In this document: positions 1 to 10,263 of the stretch, piece after piece
Position numbering within the stretch: the first letter of the stretch is position 1
Layout: each line of letters starts with the position of its first letter
IMG/VR virus record: IMGVR_UViG_3300008122_000001
Span: 55,706-119,705 of that record
Direction: 5' to 3' (one strand)
Source of the DNA: a virus
Lineage: Duplodnaviria; Heunggongvirae; Uroviricota; Caudoviricetes
Length of the DNA stretch: 64,000 nucleotides
The notes under the pieces: generated by a model
Seen by the model: only the letters and a program-made list of their open reading frames with translations
Databases searched by the model: none
Told to the model about the DNA's origin: nothing
Made by a program: the position numbers and the translations under genes

Positions 1-65
1 TCTTCTTCTGTTGCTTGAGGTGGAATATACACATCTTTTTCTGCATGTTTATCTCTTATTTTCAT
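1..65 (-). CDS. 5' end of a CDS running off the window (MKIRDKHAEKDVYIPPQATEE...), probable tail/baseplate gene
   Basis: ATG at 65-63 just after the stop of the previous gene; frame open to the window edge. Confidence 0.6.
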   Translation of the reverse strand, partial: MKIRDKHAEKDVYIPPQATEE

Positions 66-66
66 A

Positions 67-642
67 TTAGAGTTCTCTTAAATTTTTAGCCATAAATGTT
101 AATCTATCAACTAGGACGCTTTCTTCAGTAGAGTATACATTAGTGCTTGAACTGTTAAATTTTAACCCTTCTAAAACAACTGATTCAGTTACACCTGTTT
201 TATTAGAATTAGTATTATTAAATTCTATAATAAGTTCAAATTCATGAAATATTTCACTAATAGATATTGAAGTCATATCCGTTATTATTTCATTTTGTAA
301 TTGACCATATCTCAGCACTTCTTCTTTAGAAGCTGTGTTATCTCTTACTTTAATATACAAGTCTGCTTTTTCATCATTTAAATCTGCTTTACTTAATAAA
401 TAACTAATACCTGTCTTTAAATATTTTATAGATTTATGAGCTAAATCTAAGTTACCTTGAACTAAAGAATTACCTCTTGTAAAAAAAGCTGGATCACCAT
501 TTCCTAATATATATACTGGAGCAGTAGATATAGAATGGTTATAACCTATTCCCATAGCTTTATCAATATGTACTCTTTTATCTGTTAATGGATAGTAAAG
601 ATATACGTTTACATCTGAACCAGTATAATAATTATCATACAT
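67..642 (-). CDS. tail tube-like / tail initiator protein (third paralogue)
   Basis: YYTGSDV...IGYNHSISTAPVYILGNGDPAFFTRGNSLVQGNL matches the tube motif of 1408-2121; start moved from 714 to ATG 642 (AGGAG RBS). Confidence 0.65.
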   Translation of the reverse strand: MYDNYYTGSDVNVYLYYPLTDKRVHIDKAMGIGYNHSISTAPVYILGNGDPAFFTRGNSLVQGNLDLAHKSIKYLKTGISYLLSKADLNDEKADLYIKVRDNTASKEEVLRYGQLQNEIITDMTSISISEIFHEFELIIEFNNTNSNKTGVTESVVLEGLKFNSSSTNVYSTEESVLVDRLTFMAKNLREL

Positions 643-652
643 TATAAAACTC

Positions 653-1345
653 CTAAAGTAAAGATGATATAGATTTAAATGCAGTATTACTAGAGAACCC
701 TCTAGAGTAATCACTAGGGTCAGACGCTGTTCTTACAGCTTTAGCTTGAAAACTAAAAGTACTTTCTGTTATTAAATCTTCTATCGAATATGTTTGTCCA
801 TTATTAATAATCATAGCACCTATGATCATTTCTTGTTTCATAAAAGGAGCATTACTAGTATAATTTTTTAATTCTTCTGATACAGAAACCATGTAAATAT
901 TAAAATAAGATAAATCGTCTTTCATGAATGCTAATTGATCTTTTAAAGGAACACCAGTAGACATCTTACCATCTAGGTTATCTAGTCTATCTTGGATTTG
1001 TTCTTGATTTAATAAATAACAATTAGTTTGAAATTCAGATAATCTATCAGTCATAAATACTGATCTTATCATTGTACCAGCAACAGTTTTAACACCTAAC
1101 CCATAACCATCTACACTGTTTTGACCTAAAGTTACAACTGGAACTTTAACTCTAAATACAGAATAAGATAAAGTCATAACATCGTCTAACTCAATTACCG
1201 CAGATCTCCCATCTTCACTGTAGTTAGGAAATTCTATTAATACTTTAACAATAGTCCCAGGTATAGTTTTATATGTTTGTTCCAATTCATATGTTGTATC
1301 AGGTCTTGCAGTTGATTTTAAAGTTTCTAAAGTTGTTGTTGCCAT
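653..1345 (-). CDS. tail tube-like protein (second paralogue)
   Basis: TLSYSVFRVKVPVVTLGQNSVDGYGLGVKTVAGTMI and NGQTYSIEDLITESTFSFQA parallel the tube motifs; directly after the tube gene. Confidence 0.7.
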   Translation of the reverse strand: MATTTLETLKSTARPDTTYELEQTYKTIPGTIVKVLIEFPNYSEDGRSAVIELDDVMTLSYSVFRVKVPVVTLGQNSVDGYGLGVKTVAGTMIRSVFMTDRLSEFQTNCYLLNQEQIQDRLDNLDGKMSTGVPLKDQLAFMKDDLSYFNIYMVSVSEELKNYTSNAPFMKQEMIIGAMIINNGQTYSIEDLITESTFSFQAKAVRTASDPSDYSRGFSSNTAFKSISSLL

Positions 1346-1365
1346 AATAATCCTTTTTATAAAAC

Positions 1366-1397
1366 AAAAAAAGGAGAAGCCTAAAAAGACTCCTCCT
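1366..1397 (-). terminator. intrinsic terminator after the tail tube gene
   Basis: minus strand AGGAGGAGTC-loop-GGCTTCTCCT followed by a T run. Confidence 0.7.
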
Positions 1398-1407
1398 AGA
1401 TTTTCAA

Positions 1408-2121
1408 TTAAATTGAAATACCAGTTGTGTTGGTATTAGATGTTGTAACACTCGTACCACCCTCAAGATCAGTTAACTGAGTCCAAGGAGAAATACGTCT
1501 AGCTAAGAATGTAACTTGACGTTCTAAGATAAGATCATCAACACTTGAACCACCTTGATCACTATTGAATTGAACACCGTGAACGACCATACGAGATGCG
1601 TCACCAGTAGATTCAGAAACACCAACCAATGTAATATCAAATGGAGGTATTTGGTCAATTAACATTGGAGCAACTTCTTGTCCAAAGTTAGATTTAGCAA
1701 ATACAGAATAACCCATGTTATCAACACTACTTGCAGAGATCGTACCATCAACACGAACTGTACCACCTGCTCTATTCGCATTGCTACGAGTAGAAGAGTT
1801 AGATAACTTATCACGTTGATTTAAAGTACCATAGTTAGCTAATTCATGATTAGTTAAGAATACTTTATGATCTTTAGCCATAGCTTCTAATAGACGATCT
1901 TTTTCAAATATTGCAAATACACATGCACCAGTAGTAGCACGTTTCCCTTTAGCTACTGATACAGGATCTACATGACCCATAACGTGAACGTTAGCCGTAT
2001 CACGTTGAGTCGCATATTTAATCATATGAAGATCACCAAATTTTTCGTTACCAAATACTGCTTGTATTTCTACACCAGATTTAGAGGTATAGAAACCTGA
2101 TTCACTTGTAGTAACTGCCAT
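1408..2121 (-). CDS. major tail tube protein
   Basis: follows the sheath gene; IKYATQRDTANVHVMGHVDPVSVAKGKRATTG and QGGSSVDDLILERQVTFLAR are typical tube motifs. Confidence 0.8.
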   Translation of the reverse strand: MAVTTSESGFYTSKSGVEIQAVFGNEKFGDLHMIKYATQRDTANVHVMGHVDPVSVAKGKRATTGACVFAIFEKDRLLEAMAKDHKVFLTNHELANYGTLNQRDKLSNSSTRSNANRAGGTVRVDGTISASSVDNMGYSVFAKSNFGQEVAPMLIDQIPPFDITLVGVSESTGDASRMVVHGVQFNSDQGGSSVDDLILERQVTFLARRISPWTQLTDLEGGTSVTTSNTNTTGISI

Positions 2122-2135
2122 TTATAAACTCCTTA

Positions 2136-4151
2136 TTATAGACTAATCAAAGCATTTTCAGATAAAGCAAGAGTCATTGAAATAGATCTTAATTCATCTT
2201 TAGCTTGTAATGTTAATGGTAATGACAACTCATTCGCTGTTCTACCTATTAAGTTGAAGTTATAACCATTGATATAACCTAATGCAACCGCAGCTTTTAA
2301 TTCTACGTCAATAGCGTTATATAAAGCAGCCATTAGAGTTGAACTAATACCACGACCAATATACGGATCAGTGATTACTTTCAATCTACCAACTACATAA
2401 GTAACAGCAATAGCAGTAGAGATATAATCATAATCTGAAGTAGATTGAGTCGCAAGATCACCTGAATAAACAGTTAATCCTTTAGTTTTTTCTTCTAATG
2501 CTACATAGCCAAGTTCACTTAACTCTTGTATTTTAGATTGTTTTAATCTAAACAATGCAGTAACGTTTGGTAATACTTGGTTAGTAGTACTATCACCTAC
2601 AGTAATAGTATTAACAAGACCTGCATATACACCAGCAGCTGAACGAACATTTACCTGATTACCAGTTAAACTTTCAGCACTAATATATACTGGCATTACG
2701 TTGATACTTAAGAACTTACCAAGATCAATTAAAACATCCCCTGTATCATACTTAGGAGCACCATCTGGATAACCTGTATCAGTTGCATAGAAACCAGCAG
2801 AACGAGTAGTTGTACCAGCCATGAATCTGTTACCTAACAATCCAGTACCATTTTCTATAATATTACCATATATATCTTTAGTAGGGGCTTTACCTAACCA
2901 ACGATTAATAGCAATAGTATAGTTAGCCGCAGGAGGTCTAACACCAATGTTTGCATTAATGAATGTAGAAGCACTAGATTGACTATATGCCCACATACCT
3001 AAACGGTGTGCAAAATCTACTTCATTATACTGTTCTTTTACAAGAGGTTGACCTAAATCATCTAAAGCAGCCAAATCAGGGTCAGTAGTTGTTAAAGTTT
3101 CATCAGTAGCTAATTGATATATGTATTTATGATCAGACCATTTGTAAGTAAAACCAGTTTCAGTTTCAGTTCTTTGAACATAAGTTAAACGATCAGAAGA
3201 GTCATCAGAACCATCTGCTATGTTTCTTACATTAAATAAGTCTGGAAGTAATACACTAAATATATCTACGTTTTCAAGATTAACAAATGCAGTATCAAAC
3301 AACTCATAAAGTTTATTCAATGTTACATTCATACTATCTTTAGCAGCAGTATAAGTAATTTCTTCTGCTGTTAACTCAATTGGAGTTAATTTAGTTAAAG
3401 TTGCTACTTCGATAATGTCATCTTCATCTGCACCAACAGTCAAAGTAAGACCAGTATATGCACCAGCAGTACCAACAAGAGTATAAGCTGAAGAAGGTAT
3501 AACTGTAGTAACAGAACCAACAGTCTTAGTAACTGTACCTACACTTGTAACAGTAGCATTAAATGTAAATTCAGTCTGAGAAGCTGTAGCAGTAAATGTT
3601 TCACTTCCTTTCTTATTTACATTATTAATTACTTCTGCAAAAGCAACAGGTTCAGAAAGTGTTCCGATTTGATATTGGAAAGTATCAGCATCAAAGCCTT
3701 CAACGTTCACTATACCTAAGTCAACAGTCTTACCAGGAGCGTTAGAATAAACAACTTTAGTACCTTGAGTGATTACTAATGTTGATTTTTCTGTATTAGT
3801 TTGTCTTGGACCTGCATATACTTTTAGATCAACACCAGCTCCAACTTTACTTGAAACGGTTTCTAATAGAGTATAAGCACCAAAGATATTGTTTATAATA
3901 GCACCACTACCACCGATACGGTACAACATTACATCTGTAGCACCACCAGCATATGCGTGTCTCATCCCTTGGATGATAGGTGAATTAGCACCGTAAATTA
4001 CTTTAGCTTTTTGAGTATCTGTAACTAAAAATAATTCATCACTTGGTCCATCATAAGCTCTATCAATTACTAATACAACACCGTCAGGAATATTTGTTTT
4101 AGGATTTAGTTTTCCATCTAAAATTTCAGTAGATAAACCTACATTCGCCAT
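2136..4151 (-). CDS. tail sheath protein
   Basis: 671 aa; N-terminal VLVIDRAYDGP and YRIGG; C-terminal sheath-like region (GLTVYSGDLAT, YIGRG, LQAKDELRSI); upstream of the tube gene. Confidence 0.85.
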   Translation of the reverse strand: MANVGLSTEILDGKLNPKTNIPDGVVLVIDRAYDGPSDELFLVTDTQKAKVIYGANSPIIQGMRHAYAGGATDVMLYRIGGSGAIINNIFGAYTLLETVSSKVGAGVDLKVYAGPRQTNTEKSTLVITQGTKVVYSNAPGKTVDLGIVNVEGFDADTFQYQIGTLSEPVAFAEVINNVNKKGSETFTATASQTEFTFNATVTSVGTVTKTVGSVTTVIPSSAYTLVGTAGAYTGLTLTVGADEDDIIEVATLTKLTPIELTAEEITYTAAKDSMNVTLNKLYELFDTAFVNLENVDIFSVLLPDLFNVRNIADGSDDSSDRLTYVQRTETETGFTYKWSDHKYIYQLATDETLTTTDPDLAALDDLGQPLVKEQYNEVDFAHRLGMWAYSQSSASTFINANIGVRPPAANYTIAINRWLGKAPTKDIYGNIIENGTGLLGNRFMAGTTTRSAGFYATDTGYPDGAPKYDTGDVLIDLGKFLSINVMPVYISAESLTGNQVNVRSAAGVYAGLVNTITVGDSTTNQVLPNVTALFRLKQSKIQELSELGYVALEEKTKGLTVYSGDLATQSTSDYDYISTAIAVTYVVGRLKVITDPYIGRGISSTLMAALYNAIDVELKAAVALGYINGYNFNLIGRTANELSLPLTLQAKDELRSISMTLALSENALISL

Positions 4152-4174
4152 TTTATTTCCTTAGTTAATAAATT

Positions 4175-4849
4175 TTATTTTTTGTGTGTTTCTGTAAATC
4201 TTATAGATTTTAATTGTTCTAGTTCTTTGACAAAATATTCTAAAGTAACTACAGAGAACTGCATTTCCCTAGAAAATATCCTATCTTTCTCATCATATCT
4301 ATCTGTAAACTGAATACTGTTCATACCAATAAATATAACTTCAAATACGTGTTTCTTTAAATAACTAGAATACTTAAAGAACAAAGACTCCAATATTCTA
4401 GTCATATTGTTTAATGTTCTAGTCTTATTAGAAAACACCGTTAATGATATTGTATTAGTAAATGCACAAGAATACATTTCTTCAGAATTACCAGTAATTA
4501 AGTTATATTTTTCTTTTTCAAACTTAGGTTTAACTAAAGTAGTACTACCTGCTATCACTTTACTATTAGCAATTAAAGGTACTCTTCTAACAATATCATA
4601 AGTAATTATATTAGATTCATCATATGTTTCATCAGGGTAAGCTGCTATAAATCTAAATTTAGATTTATCATTATTTAAAGCATTAGTTAGTAAATCTAAC
4701 GAGTCGAATAAGTCATAAAGTACTTCGAAAAATTTATAAATACTTACACCAAAATTAGCATCCATTTCTTCAATGTTCTTATAAGGATTACTAAGTATTT
4801 CTTCTATTTCACTTCTTTCTTCTTTTATCTTATTAAATACACTTGTCAT
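4175..4849 (-). CDS. putative tail completion/terminator protein
   Basis: position between neck genes and sheath; beta-rich C-terminal half. Confidence 0.45.
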   Translation of the reverse strand: MTSVFNKIKEERSEIEEILSNPYKNIEEMDANFGVSIYKFFEVLYDLFDSLDLLTNALNNDKSKFRFIAAYPDETYDESNIITYDIVRRVPLIANSKVIAGSTTLVKPKFEKEKYNLITGNSEEMYSCAFTNTISLTVFSNKTRTLNNMTRILESLFFKYSSYLKKHVFEVIFIGMNSIQFTDRYDEKDRIFSREMQFSVVTLEYFVKELEQLKSIRFTETHKK

Positions 4850-4851
4850 AC

Positions 4852-5361
4852 TTAACCACCTAGTAAAGCAACATTAAAATCTGCTTTATTTTGACTAGCT
4901 TTAAAATATCTAGAGTATGTACATTTACATACTTCATTAATATTTAATGGTATCGCTATCTTACCGTCAATGTTTAAATCTGGTATTAGTATTCTATCTT
5001 CTAATCCTATAGATACCTTATTATCAGTAAATAATAAATATCTAGAAACATCAGTAGTACCAGCCGTAGTTTTCATCCATAAGTTACCAAAATCTCTAGT
5101 AACACCTTGTTTATATAAATAACCTGAAAATAATAATTCATCAAAAATATATCCTAAACCTTTACAGTAAGGACATTCTTGTTGCCCTTCTACATAAGGG
5201 CTATCTTCTCTATTACAAGAAGTGCATCTAACTTTTCTGTTATCAGATGTTCTCCTAAATTTTCTCCACACATAAGGGGAGTTAATAGGAGAACAATCTG
5301 TATCTGTAAACAGTAAGTCATATACTTCTTCAGCAATATTTAACTCTGGCGTTTGAAACAT
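4852..5361 (-). CDS. putative neck/head-closure protein with Zn-ribbon
   Basis: CTSC...CPYCKGLGY cysteine pairs; context between capsid and sheath genes. Confidence 0.5.
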   Translation of the reverse strand: MFQTPELNIAEEVYDLLFTDTDCSPINSPYVWRKFRRTSDNRKVRCTSCNREDSPYVEGQQECPYCKGLGYIFDELLFSGYLYKQGVTRDFGNLWMKTTAGTTDVSRYLLFTDNKVSIGLEDRILIPDLNIDGKIAIPLNINEVCKCTYSRYFKASQNKADFNVALLGG

Positions 5362-6080
5362 TAATCATTTTTCCTTTCAGGGTCATCACTAATTCTATAA
5401 TAGTCATTTAAAGGCATCCCCGAATATCTACTATAGTGATCTAAATTAAATGAACCAGCTTTATATGCATTACCATCTCTATAATATTTCTTACTTCCAT
5501 ATCCATCTACTATCTTTTCAGGTAACTCACTGTGCCACCATAATCTATTAGAGTTTATAGTTTTAGGATTATATCTACCCTTAACAAAAGAACGAGGTAA
5601 TATAGAACTACTTATAAGATCTTCTATGATATCTTTCATTTCTGAAATACAATCACCAGAATCTCTAATTAATTGTAGTAATACAGTACTATCGCCTTTC
5701 TTAGATGTAGATACTGAGAAATCACCTAAAGATTTAGATCTTGAAATAGAAGATGCTAAGTCTTTATTTATTTGTTTAGCCATTTCGTTAGTAACTATAC
5801 AAATAACAAAATCTCTACGTAATAAGAATAAATCTTCTGAAGATATAACCGATAAACCTTCTAGAGGTTTAGTTAATCTATATACAGTAAGAGATGCATT
5901 AAAAAGTAATTTTCTAATCCAAGGAAAATCCTTATCTTCTAAATTAGAGAAAGGTGTAATAACATCTGATTCTAGTGCGTAAAGAGGGGTTAACATTAAA
6001 TGAGAAGAAATATTTAAAAAAGTTTCTTCATTTGTTTCTTGGTTAATTAAAGGTAACTTTAATTTAAAATCAATATTCAT
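5361..6080 (-). CDS. putative head-tail adaptor (neck) protein
   Basis: SRSKSLGDFSVS motif typical of adaptor proteins; synteny. Confidence 0.5.
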   Translation of the reverse strand: MNIDFKLKLPLINQETNEETFLNISSHLMLTPLYALESDVITPFSNLEDKDFPWIRKLLFNASLTVYRLTKPLEGLSVISSEDLFLLRRDFVICIVTNEMAKQINKDLASSISRSKSLGDFSVSTSKKGDSTVLLQLIRDSGDCISEMKDIIEDLISSSILPRSFVKGRYNPKTINSNRLWWHSELPEKIVDGYGSKKYYRDGNAYKAGSFNLDHYSRYSGMPLNDYYRISDDPERKND

Positions 6081-6474
6081 CTAAATACTCCAAGATTATA
6101 TTAACACTCTTACTTGCTTTATGTTTGTTATCAGATGTATCTACTTTTAACCATACAGTTATAAAAGATAAACTAGGTAATATAAAATTACTTAATTCTA
6201 ACATACTTAAATAAGTAACAGTTTGATTTGAGTCATACTCAACCAAAGTGTTTAATAATATACCTTGTTCATTTGATACTATACCTAACAGTACATCATC
6301 AACACCTAAAGTACTAATATTCTGTAATATTTTATTTTCTGTTGTTTCATTTTTAATATATAAACAACAATATCTTAAATCTTCATTCATATCAAAAATA
6401 GTAGAATTAGACGTAGTATCTATACTACCACCTTTACCATTATTAATAGATTTATATATACTAATTTCAGACAT
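6070..6474 (-). CDS. hypothetical virion protein
   Basis: ORF in a tightly packed structural operon. Confidence 0.55.
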   Translation of the reverse strand: MSEISIYKSINNGKGGSIDTTSNSTIFDMNEDLRYCCLYIKNETTENKILQNISTLGVDDVLLGIVSNEQGILLNTLVEYDSNQTVTYLSMLELSNFILPSLSFITVWLKVDTSDNKHKASKSVNIILEYLDEY

Positions 6475-6479
6475 AATAT

Positions 6480-7514
6480 TTACTCCAAATTATCTAAGTT
6501 AAATATTACTGTATCTGTTTGAGTACTATCTTTAGAGTAAGTAAGCTCAAATATAACTTCATTCTCAAATTCATCTATATATATAGTACATACATATTTT
6601 AAAGATGAATCATAAAGTTTCAAAGATTCTAATATATAGTTATTAAAGGCTAATGTAAGACTATACTTAAAGGTTGCTGTTTTATTAATAGAATAACCTT
6701 CAGGTAGTTTAATTGAAAATACATTGTAATTAAGATACTTAGGGTATGCTTTTTCTATTACAGTAGGTTTATTAGTATTTATTGTATTATAAAAATTTAA
6801 TATATCTAAGTTTGAAATAGTAGTAGAGGTTTCTTCTTTAGGGATAGGTTTGATAGAACTAGAGTTAACAGTATAAATATAAGTCTGTAATTCTTCATCT
6901 ATAGTTGCAGAAGGATCTATATCTATTAAAAATTCTTCACCTTTTACATATATAGTATCTTCTAAACTTATTTCTAAATTATTTAATATGACTTTATTTT
7001 GAGATCTAACATCTAAAGTAACAAGCCTTCCGTCTAAGGATACACGAACAATATTTTTATTATTACTAATGTATGACGTATCTTCTATTTTTAAAATATA
7101 TTGTGATTTTACAGTAAAATTATCTTTTAAATTTACAGTAATATCTGATTGAGATTTAGAATTACTTTTAGTTATATTTAAAAACTTAGAACCTAGTCTG
7201 TTACTTATATACAAACAATAGGTAGAATCTAGATTTAAAAGTTTCTTAGGAGTACATGATATAGTAAAACCAACATCACTTGTCTCTACTTTAAAATTCA
7301 TTTCTGTTCTATCAAAAGTTTCTTTTAAGTAGCCTAAATTATAACTATATGGTTCAGATAAACTTATTAATTGATTTTCTGATTGTAGTCTAAATAAAAT
7401 AATATTATCTGCAAAGACTGCTTCCTCTAATAATTCAGTAGAGGAGAGCTTAATACTTTGAGAAATAGGGAAAGAATTTAATTCAGTGGTCGTATTTAAT
7501 ATTGTAATCGCCAT
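6480..7514 (-). CDS. hypothetical virion protein (beta-rich, possibly Ig-like)
   Basis: 344-aa ORF in the structural operon with AGGAA RBS. Confidence 0.55.
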   Translation of the reverse strand: MAITILNTTTELNSFPISQSIKLSSTELLEEAVFADNIILFRLQSENQLISLSEPYSYNLGYLKETFDRTEMNFKVETSDVGFTISCTPKKLLNLDSTYCLYISNRLGSKFLNITKSNSKSQSDITVNLKDNFTVKSQYILKIEDTSYISNNKNIVRVSLDGRLVTLDVRSQNKVILNNLEISLEDTIYVKGEEFLIDIDPSATIDEELQTYIYTVNSSSIKPIPKEETSTTISNLDILNFYNTINTNKPTVIEKAYPKYLNYNVFSIKLPEGYSINKTATFKYSLTLAFNNYILESLKLYDSSLKYVCTIYIDEFENEVIFELTYSKDSTQTDTVIFNLDNLE

Positions 7515-7532
7515 ACTTCTTTCCTTTCTCTC

Positions 7533-7967
7533 TTATTTTTTAACTGTTGTAGTACGTTTACGAGCAGTAGTTTTAGGAACTTCTTTTACTTCTTCCTCAA
7601 CTTTAACTTCGTCTTTTACTTCAACAACTTCCTGAACTTCAGGCTCAGGTTGAATTTCAACAACTGGTTGTTTTATTTCTTCAATAACTTCTTCGATTTT
7701 TTCTTTTATTTCAGCAATTGAAGCTTCTTTAGGTTCTTCTTTTTTCTTAGTAGTAAAAGTTTCAGCTTTAGCGTATAACTCTGCTTCACCTTCTATAGCT
7801 TTAATAACACCTGTTTTAGCCGCTCTAGTAAGACCAATAACTTCTTGTTTACTTAGTTTATCTAAGTCTACAGTTAAAGGATTGTCAGAACTATTTAGTA
7901 TACTTAAAGCAACTGAACCACAGAAATAATAACTTAATCGACTTGTTATAATTAATTTAATATTCAT
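7533..7967 (-). CDS. hypothetical protein with Glu/Val-rich low-complexity tail
   Basis: ORF directly after the capsid gene; AGGA RBS. Confidence 0.6.
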   Translation of the reverse strand: MNIKLIITSRLSYYFCGSVALSILNSSDNPLTVDLDKLSKQEVIGLTRAAKTGVIKAIEGEAELYAKAETFTTKKKEEPKEASIAEIKEKIEEVIEEIKQPVVEIQPEPEVQEVVEVKDEVKVEEEVKEVPKTTARKRTTTVKK

Positions 7968-7998
7968 TTTATATCCTATATGAGTTTTTAATTATTAG

Positions 7999-8024
7999 AG
8001 AAGAGGGCTGTTACACCCTCTCCT
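7999..8024 (-). terminator. stem-loop after the major capsid gene (terminator or mRNA stabiliser)
   Basis: minus strand AGGAGAGGG-TGTAACAG-CCCTCTTCT; T-tract weak. Confidence 0.5.
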
Positions 8025-8044
8025 TTACATCTTAAATCCTTATA

Positions 8045-9253
8045 TTAAGGAGCTAAGTCGTTAATAACAATCTGAGGATCGTTAAAGATTTCGTTAGGAA
8101 CAAGTGGAATATTCTTAGCTACAGCAATACCACGACCTTCATCGATTACGTCTACAGAATACGCTTCTTTAATACGTACTACAGAGATTTCACGAGAATA
8201 CTCTTCCCATGCATCAACAGTAAGAGGTACTTGCTCATTCAATATAGCCGATGCTGAAGTATCAATAAGGATCAAACTAGTTGTCTTAGTGATGTTATTA
8301 AACGGGACCATATGAGAAGCTATAATAGTAATACCATTCAATGGATGGAATGAAGGTAAAGTAGGAGTAGCATTACTCAATAAATTAACGTCGGTGTCAT
8401 CTAAAGTTTGTGAATTACCATTCGCTTTACGTTGTTGTTTTCTCCAAGTATCAACAGTACCGTTCTTATAAGCATTGTGACCTGGTAAACTAGAGTTCAA
8501 GAATGCTTCAGGATTACCATTAATGAAACCAACATGACGTAAAATTGGATCTTTTTGGAAGATAGGTAAAGCTAATGGGTGAATAAGCAATACATTAGGT
8601 GAGTAACCATTAGTCTGCATTAAAGACACCATATCTACATAATCTTCATAAGTTAAAGAACCATTCTTATTACCATAACGGTCACGACCTGTACCACGAC
8701 CTTTAACCGAAGTTACAGGATCTGTACCAGTACCACCATTCATAGGATCGTCATTATCAAAAATAACTGCACCTGCATCTTCGAAAGTTTGGAAGATGTG
8801 TTTTTCTTTAGCACGTTGCAATGCTAAACCAGCTTGCATGATATGCGCTCGGATAATATCCCAACGAGAATATTTAATATCTTCACTTGTAATTTTAACT
8901 ACAAGACCACGTTGTAAGAATTGCGCTCTTACAGTAGCTGATTTACCAGCAGCGATTGTGAATTCTGGATATTCACCAGATTCCGCACGTTCTACGTTAG
9001 GTATATTACCAGCTCCAATCCATTTGAAAGAAGTAGATTCACCAAGAATCTCATCATGACGAATGGTTTGAATTAAACGTTGTCCAACTAATTGTAATTG
9101 GATTAAATCCTGTAATACTTCAGTATAAATCTGACCAAGCATTTGTGGAGTATCAGGTGTAGCTAACGCATCTTGAATAGAGAAGCGTACACCATTTTCA
9201 TCGTAACCATTATTAGTTACAATTGTATATAGATCTGGTTTTGTTAATGCCAT
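8045..9253 (-). CDS. major capsid protein (HK97 fold)
   Basis: 402 aa; follows protease and cement genes; E-loop-like AESGEYPE and KITSEDIKYSRWDII; PNVLLIHP. Confidence 0.85.
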   Translation of the reverse strand: MALTKPDLYTIVTNNGYDENGVRFSIQDALATPDTPQMLGQIYTEVLQDLIQLQLVGQRLIQTIRHDEILGESTSFKWIGAGNIPNVERAESGEYPEFTIAAGKSATVRAQFLQRGLVVKITSEDIKYSRWDIIRAHIMQAGLALQRAKEKHIFQTFEDAGAVIFDNDDPMNGGTGTDPVTSVKGRGTGRDRYGNKNGSLTYEDYVDMVSLMQTNGYSPNVLLIHPLALPIFQKDPILRHVGFINGNPEAFLNSSLPGHNAYKNGTVDTWRKQQRKANGNSQTLDDTDVNLLSNATPTLPSFHPLNGITIIASHMVPFNNITKTTSLILIDTSASAILNEQVPLTVDAWEEYSREISVVRIKEAYSVDVIDEGRGIAVAKNIPLVPNEIFNDPQIVINDLAP

Positions 9254-9290
9254 TAGTATTTTTTCCTTTTTTATTTTAATTTATTATGTA

Positions 9291-10247
9291 TTAACGTGTT
9301 TGAACACCAAACTCTACAACAGCGTAACCATTAGAGTAAGTGATGTATGTACCCATACCTTCATTTTGTGAACTAGGTAATTGATTTAAAAGATCAGCAG
9401 TAGCAGCGTTAGGCGCAACAACTTTATCTAACCAGTTATGATTACCAACTACAGTTTGAGTATCAGGGTCTTTGTATACACGTAAACCAGTTACTTGACC
9501 GATAATTGCTTCTGGGTTAGAAGTACCATAACCATACAAATCAGAACAAGGAACAAAGTTAGATTCACGGTCATAAGTAATAAATGTACCAAAAGTAATT
9601 TGAGATAACGTCGCAACAACAGCAGCGATACCAGCTAAAGGAGCACTACGAATAGTAGCTACATCTTTAACAACAGGGTATTGCATATGATAGTCAGATA
9701 AGAATGCAATTACTGGTTGAACATTATGGTTAATATTACTAATAGTTGCAGGATTAAGATTATCACCACCAGCATGACGGAAGATATCATATTGACCTAC
9801 ACCAACATAGTAAGAAACAAAATGTTTTTGAACTGCACCATCAAACCAAGATTTAACAACTGGTTCGTTAGCAACTACAAGTTCACCTTTAACATTACGT
9901 ACACCTTTAGAGACATCATAAGCACTGTAACGTACTAATGCTTGAGCATCTGCTGTAGCAACATCAGTAGCCAATGCAGTAGCATAAGCTTCTGCTTCAA
10001 AACGAAGACCAGCTGGAACTATTTGACCTTTAGAGTCAAGAGCTAATACTTTACCACTTGAAATAACTACGTCAACTAAACGTAATACGTTTTCACGTAA
10101 AAGAGGTAAATAAGGTGCTACAATAAAACGACCAGCAGGTGATACACCGTCAGATAACGTATTCGTAGGGACAATTGTTTGTTGTGGGATTGAAAAACCA
10201 GAAGCTTGTGGACGGTTTAGACCATAATCATTATAAGCTTTAGCCAT
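9291..10247 (-). CDS. putative capsid decoration/cement protein
   Basis: located between the protease and capsid genes; AT-rich leader and capsid-like codon style. Confidence 0.5.
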   Translation of the reverse strand: MAKAYNDYGLNRPQASGFSIPQQTIVPTNTLSDGVSPAGRFIVAPYLPLLRENVLRLVDVVISSGKVLALDSKGQIVPAGLRFEAEAYATALATDVATADAQALVRYSAYDVSKGVRNVKGELVVANEPVVKSWFDGAVQKHFVSYYVGVGQYDIFRHAGGDNLNPATISNINHNVQPVIAFLSDYHMQYPVVKDVATIRSAPLAGIAAVVATLSQITFGTFITYDRESNFVPCSDLYGYGTSNPEAIIGQVTGLRVYKDPDTQTVVGNHNWLDKVVAPNAATADLLNQLPSSQNEGMGTYITYSNGYAVVEFGVQTR

Positions 10248-10263
10248 TATTTATTACTCCAAT

